DNA of 64,000 bases from a virus (taxonomy: Duplodnaviria; Caudoviricetes). Each line of letters opens with the position of its first letter. Position 1 is the stretch's first letter. Below, one piece after another: positions 1 to 8,810 of the stretch. Below the pieces are notes generated by a model that was not told the DNA's origin, searched no databases, and saw only the letters and a program-made list of their open reading frames with translations. The DNA lies in the IMG/VR virus record IMGVR_UViG_3300038345_000144. One strand, written 5' to 3'. The translations under genes and the position numbers were made by a program.

Positions 1-31
1 AACGCTAACCGCATTGTATTACCCCCAAATC

Positions 32-421
32 TTAATAGTCTTCGTCTTCAGTGCCGTCAGCCATCTCATACATATACCACTCGTCGATGCTTAACAACCC
101 TTCAGCACGAACATACTCATCCATCAACTCTTTGATGAATTCTTTTTCTTCATCTGTAAGTTCCCAGTCGAAACTCTCGATATGACCTTTTCCGTCATCA
201 ACGGCGTAATTGGCTGAAATTTCACAGGTGTCTGGGTCAAATACTACCCAGAAACCCATCAGGAATGAGTCTTCGTTATTGGCGATGTCTGTGCCAAAAT
301 ACTTATCCTCATCAAAGAGGCACTCGGCGGTAAACTCAATCTCGGAGTCACTATGTATTAAGTGTCTGTCTCTCAACCTGATACTATCCTTGTTGATTTC
401 GATTTGTCTTTCTCTACCCAT
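32..421 (-). CDS. acidic hypothetical protein
   Basis: 129-aa ORF, AGGAG SD, D/E-rich. Confidence 0.8.
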   Translation of the reverse strand: MGRERQIEINKDSIRLRDRHLIHSDSEIEFTAECLFDEDKYFGTDIANNEDSFLMGFWVVFDPDTCEISANYAVDDGKGHIESFDWELTDEEKEFIKELMDEYVRAEGLLSIDEWYMYEMADGTEDEDY

Positions 422-433
422 AGTTAGTCTCCT

Positions 434-778
434 TTATATCAAGTTATAATCTTCTCCTTCAGAATAACCGATTAACGCTGTATTAAGCGTAACAGGGAGA
501 GTAATCAAATAGATGGTATCTCCGTCATCTGGGTCAGTGTCATAATAATCTTTCTCACCATCATCCTCATCATAAGTAAGAGCCTTCATAATCTGGTCGC
601 CATCCAAAGACTTTAAGAACTCAAGTAATTTTTCATCGTCGATGTCTTCCATCTGGTCTTTAACGATGTCTTCCCAGTCGTTTGAAACGGTATATCTAAT
701 ATCGTCCTCATAATCAGCACCAGCAATTAAAGATGATGCACACATAGTAAATTCAAGATTAAAAGTAATTTTAGCCAT
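434..778 (-). CDS. acidic hypothetical protein (family with 7673, 11329)
   Basis: ORF with SD; loosely similar layout to 7673 and 11329. Confidence 0.75.
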   Translation of the reverse strand: MAKITFNLEFTMCASSLIAGADYEDDIRYTVSNDWEDIVKDQMEDIDDEKLLEFLKSLDGDQIMKALTYDEDDGEKDYYDTDPDDGDTIYLITLPVTLNTALIGYSEGEDYNLI

Positions 779-792
779 AATGTTGTTCTCCT

Positions 793-1257
793 TTAGTCAT
801 AGTCTTCAATATCAATTTCACCATCGCCGTCAACTTCCCCAACATTTACATTGAGTTCCTCAATTTCAGGGAGAAGTTCAGCAAGTGTGTCTTCGCCAAC
901 ACACGCAGAAGTAATCATACCTTCCTCGTACTCTACATCGTCGATTTCAGGCGGGTAACAGTCCTCTGGAGGTCCATAAGTCTTACCAGGGTCGTAGTAA
1001 CAAGTTCCCCAGCACTTAACTCTTGCTCTTATTTCGATACAATATTCAGTATTTGTCAAGAGCAAAGTATCATTTGTATCACTATCGGTAATTTCCCAGT
1101 CAATGATTTCTCCATCGGCGTTCGCCATTACCAAATTGGCAATCTTTTCATCAAATTTCTCGGAGGTATCATAATCTTCAGGGTGAAACTCCCTATTTGT
1201 TTTGACAGAATAATAAATCTTTATTGTCTGCCAGTCAGTAGTAGAAAATCGTGCCAT
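793..1257 (-). CDS. acidic hypothetical protein (family with 10424, 21240)
   Basis: ORF with SD; Q-x-x-K/S-I-x-(F/Y)-x-V N-terminal motif shared. Confidence 0.75.
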   Translation of the reverse strand: MARFSTTDWQTIKIYYSVKTNREFHPEDYDTSEKFDEKIANLVMANADGEIIDWEITDSDTNDTLLLTNTEYCIEIRARVKCWGTCYYDPGKTYGPPEDCYPPEIDDVEYEEGMITSACVGEDTLAELLPEIEELNVNVGEVDGDGEIDIEDYD

Positions 1258-1268
1258 AAGTAATCTCC

Positions 1269-1820
1269 TTATTCATACTTATAAAGGTTTCCATCGCTAT
1301 CTACAAAGTAATCCATACTTGCCAGTTCCTTATCAAGTACCCTGTGTAACTCATTATAATCTGCATATACATCAGGGGTAATTCCTGTAAGTGTAGTAAG
1401 TAAACCTTGTCCGTTAATATAAATATCCAAAGTTTCACTGGCATCATTATATTCACAAGACATTTGACCAACAGGGTCTTCCTGTGTAGCAATTACTTGC
1501 TTAATTTTTTCAATGTTAAGTCTGTAAAGCGGGTAAGTGCAATATCCTGACTGCTTTCTCAATCCTGCAAACTCGGCTAACCCATTCTCGGTAAGCCAGT
1601 CTTCAACTTCTGGAAGATTGTTGGTGTCCAGATATGCACATCCTTCTGGGGCGGGTATATTATCTACCTCAATCAAATTAACAGTAAAAGTAGCATAACG
1701 GTCCCAGAACCTCAAATCTTCGTCCCAGCAGAGTGCTGATAAAGCCAACTGCCCATCATAATATGTCGATAACTGTAATTTAATGGTGTAAGTACCATAA
1801 CTTGACTTGTATTTTAACAT
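1269..1820 (-). CDS. DUF4313-like protein
   Basis: TVNL...AYLDTNN.PE...W...GL......QSGYCTYPLY motif typical of DUF4313 in Firmicute mobile elements. Confidence 0.7.
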   Translation of the reverse strand: MLKYKSSYGTYTIKLQLSTYYDGQLALSALCWDEDLRFWDRYATFTVNLIEVDNIPAPEGCAYLDTNNLPEVEDWLTENGLAEFAGLRKQSGYCTYPLYRLNIEKIKQVIATQEDPVGQMSCEYNDASETLDIYINGQGLLTTLTGITPDVYADYNELHRVLDKELASMDYFVDSDGNLYKYE

Positions 1821-1829
1821 AGGGTCTCC

Positions 1830-2273
1830 TTATATTGTGGTAGTGGAAAGATTATCCATTCCGTCCTGAAGTATATCGGATTGTACGATTTCATCTACGG
1901 AGTCATAACTGCATTTATAGTCATAGTTTTCATAGCCGTTTTCTTCATCATAGTCAGCAATCGTTTTGAGTACCTCTACGATTTTATACTTGGCTATCAT
2001 CTTTTGAGGGAACAACCTGTCATCACCCTTATAAGTAAATCCATATTTTTCCTCAAAGTAATCAATGAGGGCAGGGTAATAGTCTATCTGTTCGTGCTCA
2101 ATAAGATTACAGCCCTCTTCGGGTTCATAATCCTCATTGAGGTTCTCTTGTACTCTTAATATATGTACGCTACGAACATCAAAAGCGATGAAGTATTTTA
2201 CATACATACCGCCTGACTTGGCATTACCGTACTTGGAGCAGTCATAGGTCGTATTAAGTAAATCCATACTCAT
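1830..2273 (-). CDS. hypothetical protein
   Basis: 147-aa ORF with SD. Confidence 0.75.
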   Translation of the reverse strand: MSMDLLNTTYDCSKYGNAKSGGMYVKYFIAFDVRSVHILRVQENLNEDYEPEEGCNLIEHEQIDYYPALIDYFEEKYGFTYKGDDRLFPQKMIAKYKIVEVLKTIADYDEENGYENYDYKCSYDSVDEIVQSDILQDGMDNLSTTTI

Positions 2274-2539
2274 TCTCCTTTTTCATCACAATAGTCTGTA
2301 AACCATTCGCAAGGGTCAGGACATTCAGAACAAAGTTCATATACTTCCTCAAGCAAATCGTCAGCAACTATTCTATCATAAATCTTATCAAAATATCCAT
2401 ACCATTTTTTGAAGTCTTCCTCAAAGGTTGTAGGTAGACCAATTTTTTCAATAGCGGGAGTAAATGCCTCCGCACCGTTCCAAATCTGCAACATCTCACA
2501 GATTGTTTCAATAACATCAAAATAGTCTTGGGCTTGCAT
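2270..2539 (-). CDS. hypothetical protein
   Basis: 89-aa ORF with SD. Confidence 0.75.
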   Translation of the reverse strand: MQAQDYFDVIETICEMLQIWNGAEAFTPAIEKIGLPTTFEEDFKKWYGYFDKIYDRIVADDLLEEVYELCSECPDPCEWFTDYCDEKGE

Positions 2540-2555
2540 ATATTCTCCTTTTCAG

Positions 2556-2588
2556 AAAAAAGGTGCATATCGTATTGATATACACCTT
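2556..2588 (-). terminator. intrinsic terminator
   Basis: AAGGTGTATATC-AATAC-GATATGCACCTT-TTTT on minus strand. Confidence 0.7.
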
Positions 2589-2613
2589 CCATTCCATAAA
2601 TTATTCTCCTTAA

Positions 2614-3702
2614 TTAAAAGTATTGCATCGCTCCAGCAAACATCTGGGTCTCGATGATTTCATTACCAATTCCAACAAATCCTCTGCACTTAATTTCAGG
2701 TCTGCAAAGGTTGGAAATATCTTTCTCAAACATAAGAGTTGATGCACCGTCATCAAAACCACCCATCAAAATACCCATCTGGATGTTATTCTTCAAATCC
2801 GTACTGATTGTAGAACCAGAAGGTCTGATACATCCGAGTACCAAATGAATACCCGAAGCACGACCCAAACGAGCAAGTGAACCTAATGCAGTCTTAATGG
2901 TATCAACAGCCTTATAATCATCGTTATCCATAAGCAAAGACATCTCATCTACCATAAAGATAATTGTCTTCGGCTGGAAAATTCCATCAACTTTCTTAAT
3001 ATCCTTATCCTTAAAAGGAACACCATTAACCGTAACGCCCTTGAATTTTCCGTCTTTCAAACCGTTAGCCAATTCTTCAATAGTCATAATGGTTTCCCTC
3101 TTGCCGTCGGGATAAAGGGTAAGGTAGTAAGCGTACTTCCTGTCGTCAGTATCAATGTCATACTTAACAGGGAGCAAATTATCAAACTGCAATCTGCCAA
3201 CAGGTGTATCATAATAATCTACCAACACACCTCTATCGCAATTACTGTTACTGACCTTATAGATATTATTAACCCTATTTGCTTCCATCATCCTAAAACG
3301 GGTCATCATAAGTCTCTGGAGAACCTCCAAAGTAGAAGCAACAGCAACAACATCAGTCAATACATCAACAAACCTATGACGGACATCGCCAAAACTTATT
3401 CTGCTCAAGTCAGCACCGACCAACTGGAACTTATTACTAAACTTCGAGATATGGTTAACGATACATCTCTCAACAACATCTCTACCTGAACCTGTGCCTC
3501 CAGCAATTAAAAGTGAAGTGCTGGGGAAAGTGCCATAGTAACCCTTTTCCATCAAATTCTGGTCATTAAGATACCAGCCTACGATTTCTTCTTTACCTTT
3601 AGCATTTAATGTTACTCCCAACGGAACATAAGACCAAGCCTGGTCCTGATTGGGAAACAATAATGCTTCTTTAGTTAAGGTCTTCTTCTTATCTTTGCTC
3701 AT
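2614..3702 (-). CDS. FtsK/SpoIIIE-like P-loop ATPase with degenerate Walker A
   Basis: VPLG..., LLIAGGTGSGR (Walker A with K>R), IIFMVDE (Walker B), LARLGRASGIHLVLG..RP. Confidence 0.8.
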   Translation of the reverse strand: MSKDKKKTLTKEALLFPNQDQAWSYVPLGVTLNAKGKEEIVGWYLNDQNLMEKGYYGTFPSTSLLIAGGTGSGRDVVERCIVNHISKFSNKFQLVGADLSRISFGDVRHRFVDVLTDVVAVASTLEVLQRLMMTRFRMMEANRVNNIYKVSNSNCDRGVLVDYYDTPVGRLQFDNLLPVKYDIDTDDRKYAYYLTLYPDGKRETIMTIEELANGLKDGKFKGVTVNGVPFKDKDIKKVDGIFQPKTIIFMVDEMSLLMDNDDYKAVDTIKTALGSLARLGRASGIHLVLGCIRPSGSTISTDLKNNIQMGILMGGFDDGASTLMFEKDISNLCRPEIKCRGFVGIGNEIIETQMFAGAMQYF

Positions 3703-3734
3703 AAATATATCGTCCTTTCGTATATTAAAATAAT

Positions 3735-4181
3735 TTACTTTGACTTAAAAATACGCCAAGATTTAATCGTGTCCCAGATTGACCCTTTAACTTCAACCAT
3801 TGTGTCAATACTTAACGGGTTATTTTGGATAACACCAGGCAAAATCGTAGCATCGTTTCTCTGGGTACACAAGATACAGTGAATACCCGCAGAACGACCT
3901 AACTGGGTTATGGACTGAATATTACTTAAAATTTCATCTTTAAGAGCGTCTTCTGCCTTACCCTCTGTGGTCTTAATACCTGATTTACCTGTCAACTCCG
4001 CAATCTCATCTACAACGATGAGTAATCTCGGCATATCGTCTGTGCAGATTTTATCCACACAATTCTTATTAACTGGGACCCAGTGTTCATCATCCAAACA
4101 GATGTCCAACTCTGGAGCCACTACGGAAACCTTCTTTGCTTTTGCAGAAGTTCCGCTATCTTGATGGTCTAACCAACCCAT
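3735..4181 (-). CDS. FtsK-like ATPase middle fragment (Walker B) with C-terminal intein-N-like tail
   Basis: LLIVVDE...LGRSAGIHCILCTQR...IQNN then PLSIDTMVEVKGSIWDT; no Walker A. Confidence 0.75.
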   Translation of the reverse strand: MGWLDHQDSGTSAKAKKVSVVAPELDICLDDEHWVPVNKNCVDKICTDDMPRLLIVVDEIAELTGKSGIKTTEGKAEDALKDEILSNIQSITQLGRSAGIHCILCTQRNDATILPGVIQNNPLSIDTMVEVKGSIWDTIKSWRIFKSK

Positions 4182-4201
4182 AAATTCCCTCCTAAAAATT
4201 A

Positions 4202-4456
4202 TTAAGTAACAAGTTGTACTTTTGTCGTCTTGATTTCAAGTACCCTGTTGATTATCAGATTACCGCCATTTTCCTTGATATAGTTCTTGGCACTCAAATA
4301 AGCATCGCACCAAGCAGTCTCTTCAAGTTCAATTACTTCTTCCCAGCGTGGAATTGTTTTTTGTTCTTCGGCGTAGGACTCAACAACATAACCCGACTCA
4401 TCAACGATGTCATAGCGTTCATTAACTACAAAGATTTCACTTTCGGTCTTAATCAT
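4202..4456 (-). CDS. hypothetical protein
   Basis: 84-aa ORF with SD. Confidence 0.7.
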   Translation of the reverse strand: MIKTESEIFVVNERYDIVDESGYVVESYAEEQKTIPRWEEVIELEETAWCDAYLSAKNYIKENGGNLIINRVLEIKTTKVQLVT

Positions 4457-4468
4457 ACTGCTTCTCCA

Positions 4469-4912
4469 TTAAGGTAATTTAAGAACATCATATCCTGAAA
4501 GAAAACTGATTATCCTCTCACTCAAATTACACGCTTCTTCTAATAAAGCGATGTACTTTTTGGTGGTAGGAATGTCATAATAAACCGAAGGACTCATACG
4601 AATACCGTGAGTAATCTCAACGCCCTCGTATCTCTGATAATAATGATTATTATTATCAAGTTCATAAACATCAGGGTCAGTGGTTAATTTGATGCTAATG
4701 GCGTGTAAATCAGCCTCACCTTTAGAAACGACTTCGAACTTAATTTCAGTAATCGTTTCTTCCTTATCGTCCTCTTCTTCATAGTCTTCTTTTTCGACTG
4801 TAAGCACTCTGGTTATCTTCCTGAACTCAAAGTTGCCGTTCTCCGAGGCATAAATCACCTCAATATTGCAGTCTTTCTCATCTAAAATTCCAAAGCGTCG
4901 GTATTTTCTCAT
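4469..4912 (-). CDS. hypothetical protein
   Basis: 147-aa ORF, GGAGG SD. Confidence 0.75.
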   Translation of the reverse strand: MRKYRRFGILDEKDCNIEVIYASENGNFEFRKITRVLTVEKEDYEEEDDKEETITEIKFEVVSKGEADLHAISIKLTTDPDVYELDNNNHYYQRYEGVEITHGIRMSPSVYYDIPTTKKYIALLEEACNLSERIISFLSGYDVLKLP

Positions 4913-4951
4913 CTCTCAAACCTCCGAATTTCTTTACTTTCAATGCTCATT

Positions 4952-4969
4952 TATTATAATTAAATAGTC
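4952..4969 (-). promoter_or_regulatory. conserved promoter-like element GACTATTTAATTATAATA (copy 1)
   Basis: identical 18-mer at 21213 and 39048; contains TATAAT; follows a terminator. Confidence 0.65.
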
Positions 4970-4980
4970 TTTCACGAAGT

Positions 4981-5011
4981 AAAAACAGGAAAACCTTTCG
5001 GTTCTCCTGTT
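4981..5011 (-). terminator. intrinsic terminator
   Basis: AACAGGAGAACC-GAAA-GGTTTTCCTGTT-TTT. Confidence 0.8.
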
Positions 5012-5017
5012 ACTTGC

Positions 5018-5644
5018 TTAATTAACTGCTGTATAAGGCGGGTGGCAGACATAATTCTTACCATTCCAAGTTATGTGTCCACACAACCATTTCTTACCTT
5101 TGTCTGTACGCAACTCATTAGGGAATGAACACCAATGAAGTCCGTTTTCACCGTCATCATATTGAGCACGGAGTTTATGCTTCGAGTAGTCCTCTACGAT
5201 AGTTACTACATATTTTTGCTGAATAGGTCTATTTAAGGCTGGAGCCTGATATACCGCTTTGGTCTTATCCCAGTCAGTGATAGGGGCAAATTCAAGTGGG
5301 TTCTTATCAGCATCACTTATAGCATAAAGATGAAACTGGGTATAGTCCTTATACTTGGTAGAGTTGGTTACGGGTTTCAGGGTCATAGCCGACTCGTCAT
5401 ATACAGCATATACATCTACGGCTTTGTTGAAGCCAAAAGTATAGCCGAAATAGTCCAAATAATTGAGACCTAACTCCTTAAATACCTTTTCAACATCATA
5501 CTCCAGAAAAACTCCAGGTGGAATGGTAATCCAGTCCTTGAAATTAGAACTCTCTGTACGAACAACAAAGGTCGAACTAAAAGCCACTAATCCTTTTCTG
5601 GTTAAGACAAACTCGCTATCTGTCATCCTGATTATCTGTGACAT
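5018..5644 (-). CDS. hypothetical protein; C-terminal domain shared with 34309
   Basis: HKLRA...DG..G...C.FP.ELR......GH...PP motif present in both. Confidence 0.75.
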   Translation of the reverse strand: MSQIIRMTDSEFVLTRKGLVAFSSTFVVRTESSNFKDWITIPPGVFLEYDVEKVFKELGLNYLDYFGYTFGFNKAVDVYAVYDESAMTLKPVTNSTKYKDYTQFHLYAISDADKNPLEFAPITDWDKTKAVYQAPALNRPIQQKYVVTIVEDYSKHKLRAQYDDGENGLHWCSFPNELRTDKGKKWLCGHITWNGKNYVCHPPYTAVN

Positions 5645-5817
5645 ATACTTGTCTCCTTCTTACTTAAAAAATCGCTTTGATTTTTTCTCTCATTTCTCTC
5701 TATATTCTCTCTTTATCTGGATATTATCTGGTAGAAATTTCTGGTTAACTATATACACCTATTAACCATTCTTACCTATATCTATACCCATAAATTATGT
5801 AACTTTTTTTGCACATT

Positions 5818-5853
5818 GTTACAATTAGATTACAATGTTACAATTAGATTACA
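5818..5853 (-). repeat. TGTAA(T/C)-N5-TGTAA(T/C) box, duplicated in tandem (19-bp unit)
   Basis: plus strand gttacaattagattaca twice; overlaps the stop of 5849..6523. Confidence 0.8.
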
Positions 5854-6523
5854 TTGGTCCCAATTTCAGTTCGGTCATAATTTTATTTAATTCATACTCC
5901 CAAACTGCTTTGAAAGTACCGAGGGTATCTTTTTCAACGATTTTCTTGCTGGCTTCAAGGAACTCGGTAGGTGTTTCGCAGTTGCTATAACACTCATCTA
6001 ACTCCTTAATAATGTCTTGACTAATCTTAAGTTCTTCTTTGGAATAGTCAGAATAACCATTAGGGTAGATTTGCATTGACTTTTCTATATCAATGTCATT
6101 TCTCTTGAATTTCCAAATAAGACTATAAAGTTTGGACTCTAACAAATAATCCGCATCAGACTGCACTTCATCGTTAGGACCGTCATCAGAAACATCGTTA
6201 ACAATGCCCTGTTCCTCGGCAATCTTCAAAATCCTTCTAACTGCGTAGTCATAAGGCTTACGAGCCGTTTTACAGAAGTTAAATCCTGTTTCAAAATGCT
6301 CACAATCAGTGTTTGGAATAAAGAAGGTTTCGTGTCCGAGGTCGTTTGTTTCAGGACCATTCAACCAAATCCTGTCCATATTAGCAACGGGGCTTCCCTC
6401 ACCAAAACCATCAGCAAGTGATATGCCCTTTGAAGTACAATCGGCTATAATAGCGATTACCTGATTAACAAAATCCTCATCATAAGGCTTATCAGTTCTG
6501 TTCCAGTATCTTGTGTAACCCAT
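5849..6523 (-). CDS. phage-type conserved hypothetical protein
   Basis: MGYTRYW...HETF...FNFCKTARKPYD motif recalled from phage hypotheticals. Confidence 0.75.
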   Translation of the reverse strand: MGYTRYWNRTDKPYDEDFVNQVIAIIADCTSKGISLADGFGEGSPVANMDRIWLNGPETNDLGHETFFIPNTDCEHFETGFNFCKTARKPYDYAVRRILKIAEEQGIVNDVSDDGPNDEVQSDADYLLESKLYSLIWKFKRNDIDIEKSMQIYPNGYSDYSKEELKISQDIIKELDECYSNCETPTEFLEASKKIVEKDTLGTFKAVWEYELNKIMTELKLGPM

Positions 6524-6534
6524 AAAAAATCTCC

Positions 6535-6705
6535 TTATCTCTCTGTGACATCTCCATCGTCATAAATGCGATAGGTTAAAACATCTCCTCCTGCTCGGCA
6601 GGTAAACTCCCAGAACGACCTGTCCTCATAAGAGTCAACAACCCTATCGGCAGGTGTCTTTTCAAACAAAATCTTCTTTGCTTCTTCTTCATCTAATCTG
6701 CTCAT
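6535..6705 (-). CDS. small hypothetical protein (56 aa, not in ORF track)
   Basis: MSRLDEEEAKKILFEK...DGDVTER*, TAATG coupling to upstream gene, fills the gap. Confidence 0.7.
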   Translation of the reverse strand: MSRLDEEEAKKILFEKTPADRVVDSYEDRSFWEFTCRAGGDVLTYRIYDDGDVTER

Positions 6706-6944
6706 TAGAAATATACCTCGTCGATTGCTACATCATAAACAACGGCTCCTTCTTCCTGCAAACGAGCCTTCAAACCTTTTTCAGAGTCGTCAACAGCATC
6801 AAACCATATACCTCGTTCGTCAGCCTCAACCCACACAGCAGTAACATCATCACAAATTTCCTGAATTTCGTCTACTGTTAAGTTGTCAACTACGCAAAGT
6901 AATTCTTTGGTGTCTTTATCATATACAGGTACTAATCCTCTCAT
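6705..6944 (-). CDS. hypothetical protein
   Basis: 79-aa ORF with SD; resembles 12178. Confidence 0.7.
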   Translation of the reverse strand: MRGLVPVYDKDTKELLCVVDNLTVDEIQEICDDVTAVWVEADERGIWFDAVDDSEKGLKARLQEEGAVVYDVAIDEVYF

Positions 6945-6983
6945 AAAATGTCTCCTTTATTGTTATTTAATAAAAATATATTG

Positions 6984-7148
6984 TTAATCAATATAAATCT
7001 CCGCAGGAATGTCTCCTACCTCGTCGTGAAATTCTCCTGCTTCATCGTAATATTTGATGTCGCACCAGTTGTTTTCTTTTATCTCGATACTAACAACTTT
7101 AGGAAATTCCCACTGCCTACCATCTTTGTCAATAAGTCTAACTTTCAT
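6984..7148 (-). CDS. small hypothetical protein (54 aa, not in ORF track)
   Basis: MKVRLIDKDGRQWEFPK...EIYID*, GGGGG SD. Confidence 0.65.
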   Translation of the reverse strand: MKVRLIDKDGRQWEFPKVVSIEIKENNWCDIKYYDEAGEFHDEVGDIPAEIYID

Positions 7149-7160
7149 TGGTCATCCCCC

Positions 7161-7583
7161 TTAAATTTCCTCGAACTTCTGGTCTTTACGCTTATCAATC
7201 TCGGCGTGTTCGCCATCGAAATCAATAACGGTCTTATCATTGAAGTTACCAAGTTCTTCCTCGCCTCCGAGTTCTTCCTCTGCGAGTTCCTGCTTGTTTC
7301 TGTAACCCAATTCGTCCAGACCTCTCTGCTTGAAATAGGTGTCAGTTATCCACTTCTGCTGTTCAAAGTAATACTGAACACGGGAAATCTGACCCTGCAT
7401 CTTGGTAATACCAGCACCCTTATGCGTACCATCAATAGTAGTAGCAAGAGTGGAGTTCAAAGCCATCATAGAGGCAGTTGTTTCCAGACGACCTGCAACG
7501 ATTTTCGCCGCACAATTATGTGTAAATATAGCATCTTCAGGTATCTGGACCTGCTTGCATTTATTTTTGTTAATCTTAATCAT
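7161..7583 (-). CDS. FtsK-like ATPase C-terminal fragment with N-terminal intein-C-like peptide
   Basis: AAAGGA SD before MIKINKNKCKQVQIPEDAIFTHN|CAAKIVAGRL..AS...L...KGAG; aligns with the C-terminus of 2614..3702. Confidence 0.7.
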   Translation of the reverse strand: MIKINKNKCKQVQIPEDAIFTHNCAAKIVAGRLETTASMMALNSTLATTIDGTHKGAGITKMQGQISRVQYYFEQQKWITDTYFKQRGLDELGYRNKQELAEEELGGEEELGNFNDKTVIDFDGEHAEIDKRKDQKFEEI

Positions 7584-7672
7584 AAGCAAAATTCCTTTCA
7601 ACTTATTTTACTAATATTTCATACCGTAGTTTGTTGAAAAAGTTAGTCACTATTTTCAACTACCACCATAGG

Positions 7673-8014
7673 TCAGCCTCTTGCTTGCCTAACTATTTTT
7701 CTCAAACCCTCAACACTGATGACAATAGGGGCATAAAGGATTATCTTATCCTCTACAAACTCCTTAAACTCAACATTATCAAAGTCATATTTACTAACAG
7801 ATAAAATGTCTGAAGCCTCGCAGTCATACTGACCAGCAACTTCCTCAAACTGCTCTGCTAATTTATCATCAACTTTAGCGATGGCACTAACAATACCATC
7901 AAGGTCATCATATAAAGCCTGGTCAAGGTTATACTCCAAATCCTCTTCAAAATCGTTCTTGTAAATGTTAGAGGCATAAACTGTCAATTTTACTTTATAT
8001 TCTATATTAGCCAT
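7673..8014 (-). CDS. acidic hypothetical protein
   Basis: 113-aa ORF with SD. Confidence 0.75.
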   Translation of the reverse strand: MANIEYKVKLTVYASNIYKNDFEEDLEYNLDQALYDDLDGIVSAIAKVDDKLAEQFEEVAGQYDCEASDILSVSKYDFDNVEFKEFVEDKIILYAPIVISVEGLRKIVRQARG

Positions 8015-8026
8015 AGTAAATCTCCT

Positions 8027-8356
8027 TTAGCCTTCTTCTCTTAATCCGTCTTGGATTAGTTCCCTGATTTTTTGCTCTGTTTCAGGGTCCAAATCAAAGA
8101 ATTCTTCGCAGACATCTCCTAAAACTCCAGCAAAAACCTTATCATCTTCAGGACACCAGCCCATATCATAGCGATAATACTCCAAACCCATCTCATCAAT
8201 GAATTCCTTTGCCTGGTATTTATAGAGTTTAGGTACTTTGATATATACAAAGTATTCTTCAGCAAACTCTACTACTTTGATGTCCTTACCTGTTAATTTA
8301 TCCAGCATCTCTTTCAAATTCTGATAGAGAGCCGCTTCAGCCACTTTTTTATCCAT
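8027..8356 (-). CDS. hypothetical protein
   Basis: 109-aa ORF. Confidence 0.75.
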   Translation of the reverse strand: MDKKVAEAALYQNLKEMLDKLTGKDIKVVEFAEEYFVYIKVPKLYKYQAKEFIDEMGLEYYRYDMGWCPEDDKVFAGVLGDVCEEFFDLDPETEQKIRELIQDGLREEG

Positions 8357-8358
8357 AA

Positions 8359-8808
8359 TTAGTCCTCGTATGGGTCAATACTATCTATGCCGCCATCCAG
8401 ATAATCTGCATCAAGGTCAGCCAAAATAATAGTCAACTTATCGCCGTCAGGATTAGGATGTAAGCCCTGTCCGACCTCAATCTTTAATTTCAAGATGAAG
8501 TCAATAAAAGCCCTTAATTCCTTCTCCATCCAGACATAAATCTCATCGGAGATACCTGTTTGCTCGACATCATCGTTACAAATCAGGTAGAAGAAGAACT
8601 CAATATCACCAAAGTCGTTAATTTCAATTTCGGTGGTATCAAAGGAAATTGTTACTTTACCATTGGCAGAAGTTTCCATCTCAATTTCAGGTCTTGAATA
8701 TTCCTGAATTTTCTCATTGATTTCCTGCTGGATTTTTGCATTAACCTCTAAATCCCCCTCTTCAGGAATATTAGTAGGCATATTTATAATATAATTAACT
8801 CGCTTCAT
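8359..8808 (-). CDS. hypothetical protein, paralogue of 9178
   Basis: Y.IN..TN.PE and T..NGKVT shared. Confidence 0.75.
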   Translation of the reverse strand: MKRVNYIINMPTNIPEEGDLEVNAKIQQEINEKIQEYSRPEIEMETSANGKVTISFDTTEIEINDFGDIEFFFYLICNDDVEQTGISDEIYVWMEKELRAFIDFILKLKIEVGQGLHPNPDGDKLTIILADLDADYLDGGIDSIDPYED

Positions 8809-8810
8809 AA

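Noticed and set aside
5570-5644. SEFVLTRKGLV at the start of ORF 5018 as the missing intein core
   Set aside because: Only a short resemblance to block A; no block B or other HINT motifs are recognisable and the C-terminus belongs to another family.
7630-7662. GTTGAAAA...TTTTCAAC inverted repeat upstream of the intein-C gene as a mobile-element end
   Set aside because: Single copy, with no transposase or target duplication; at most a weak terminator or operator.
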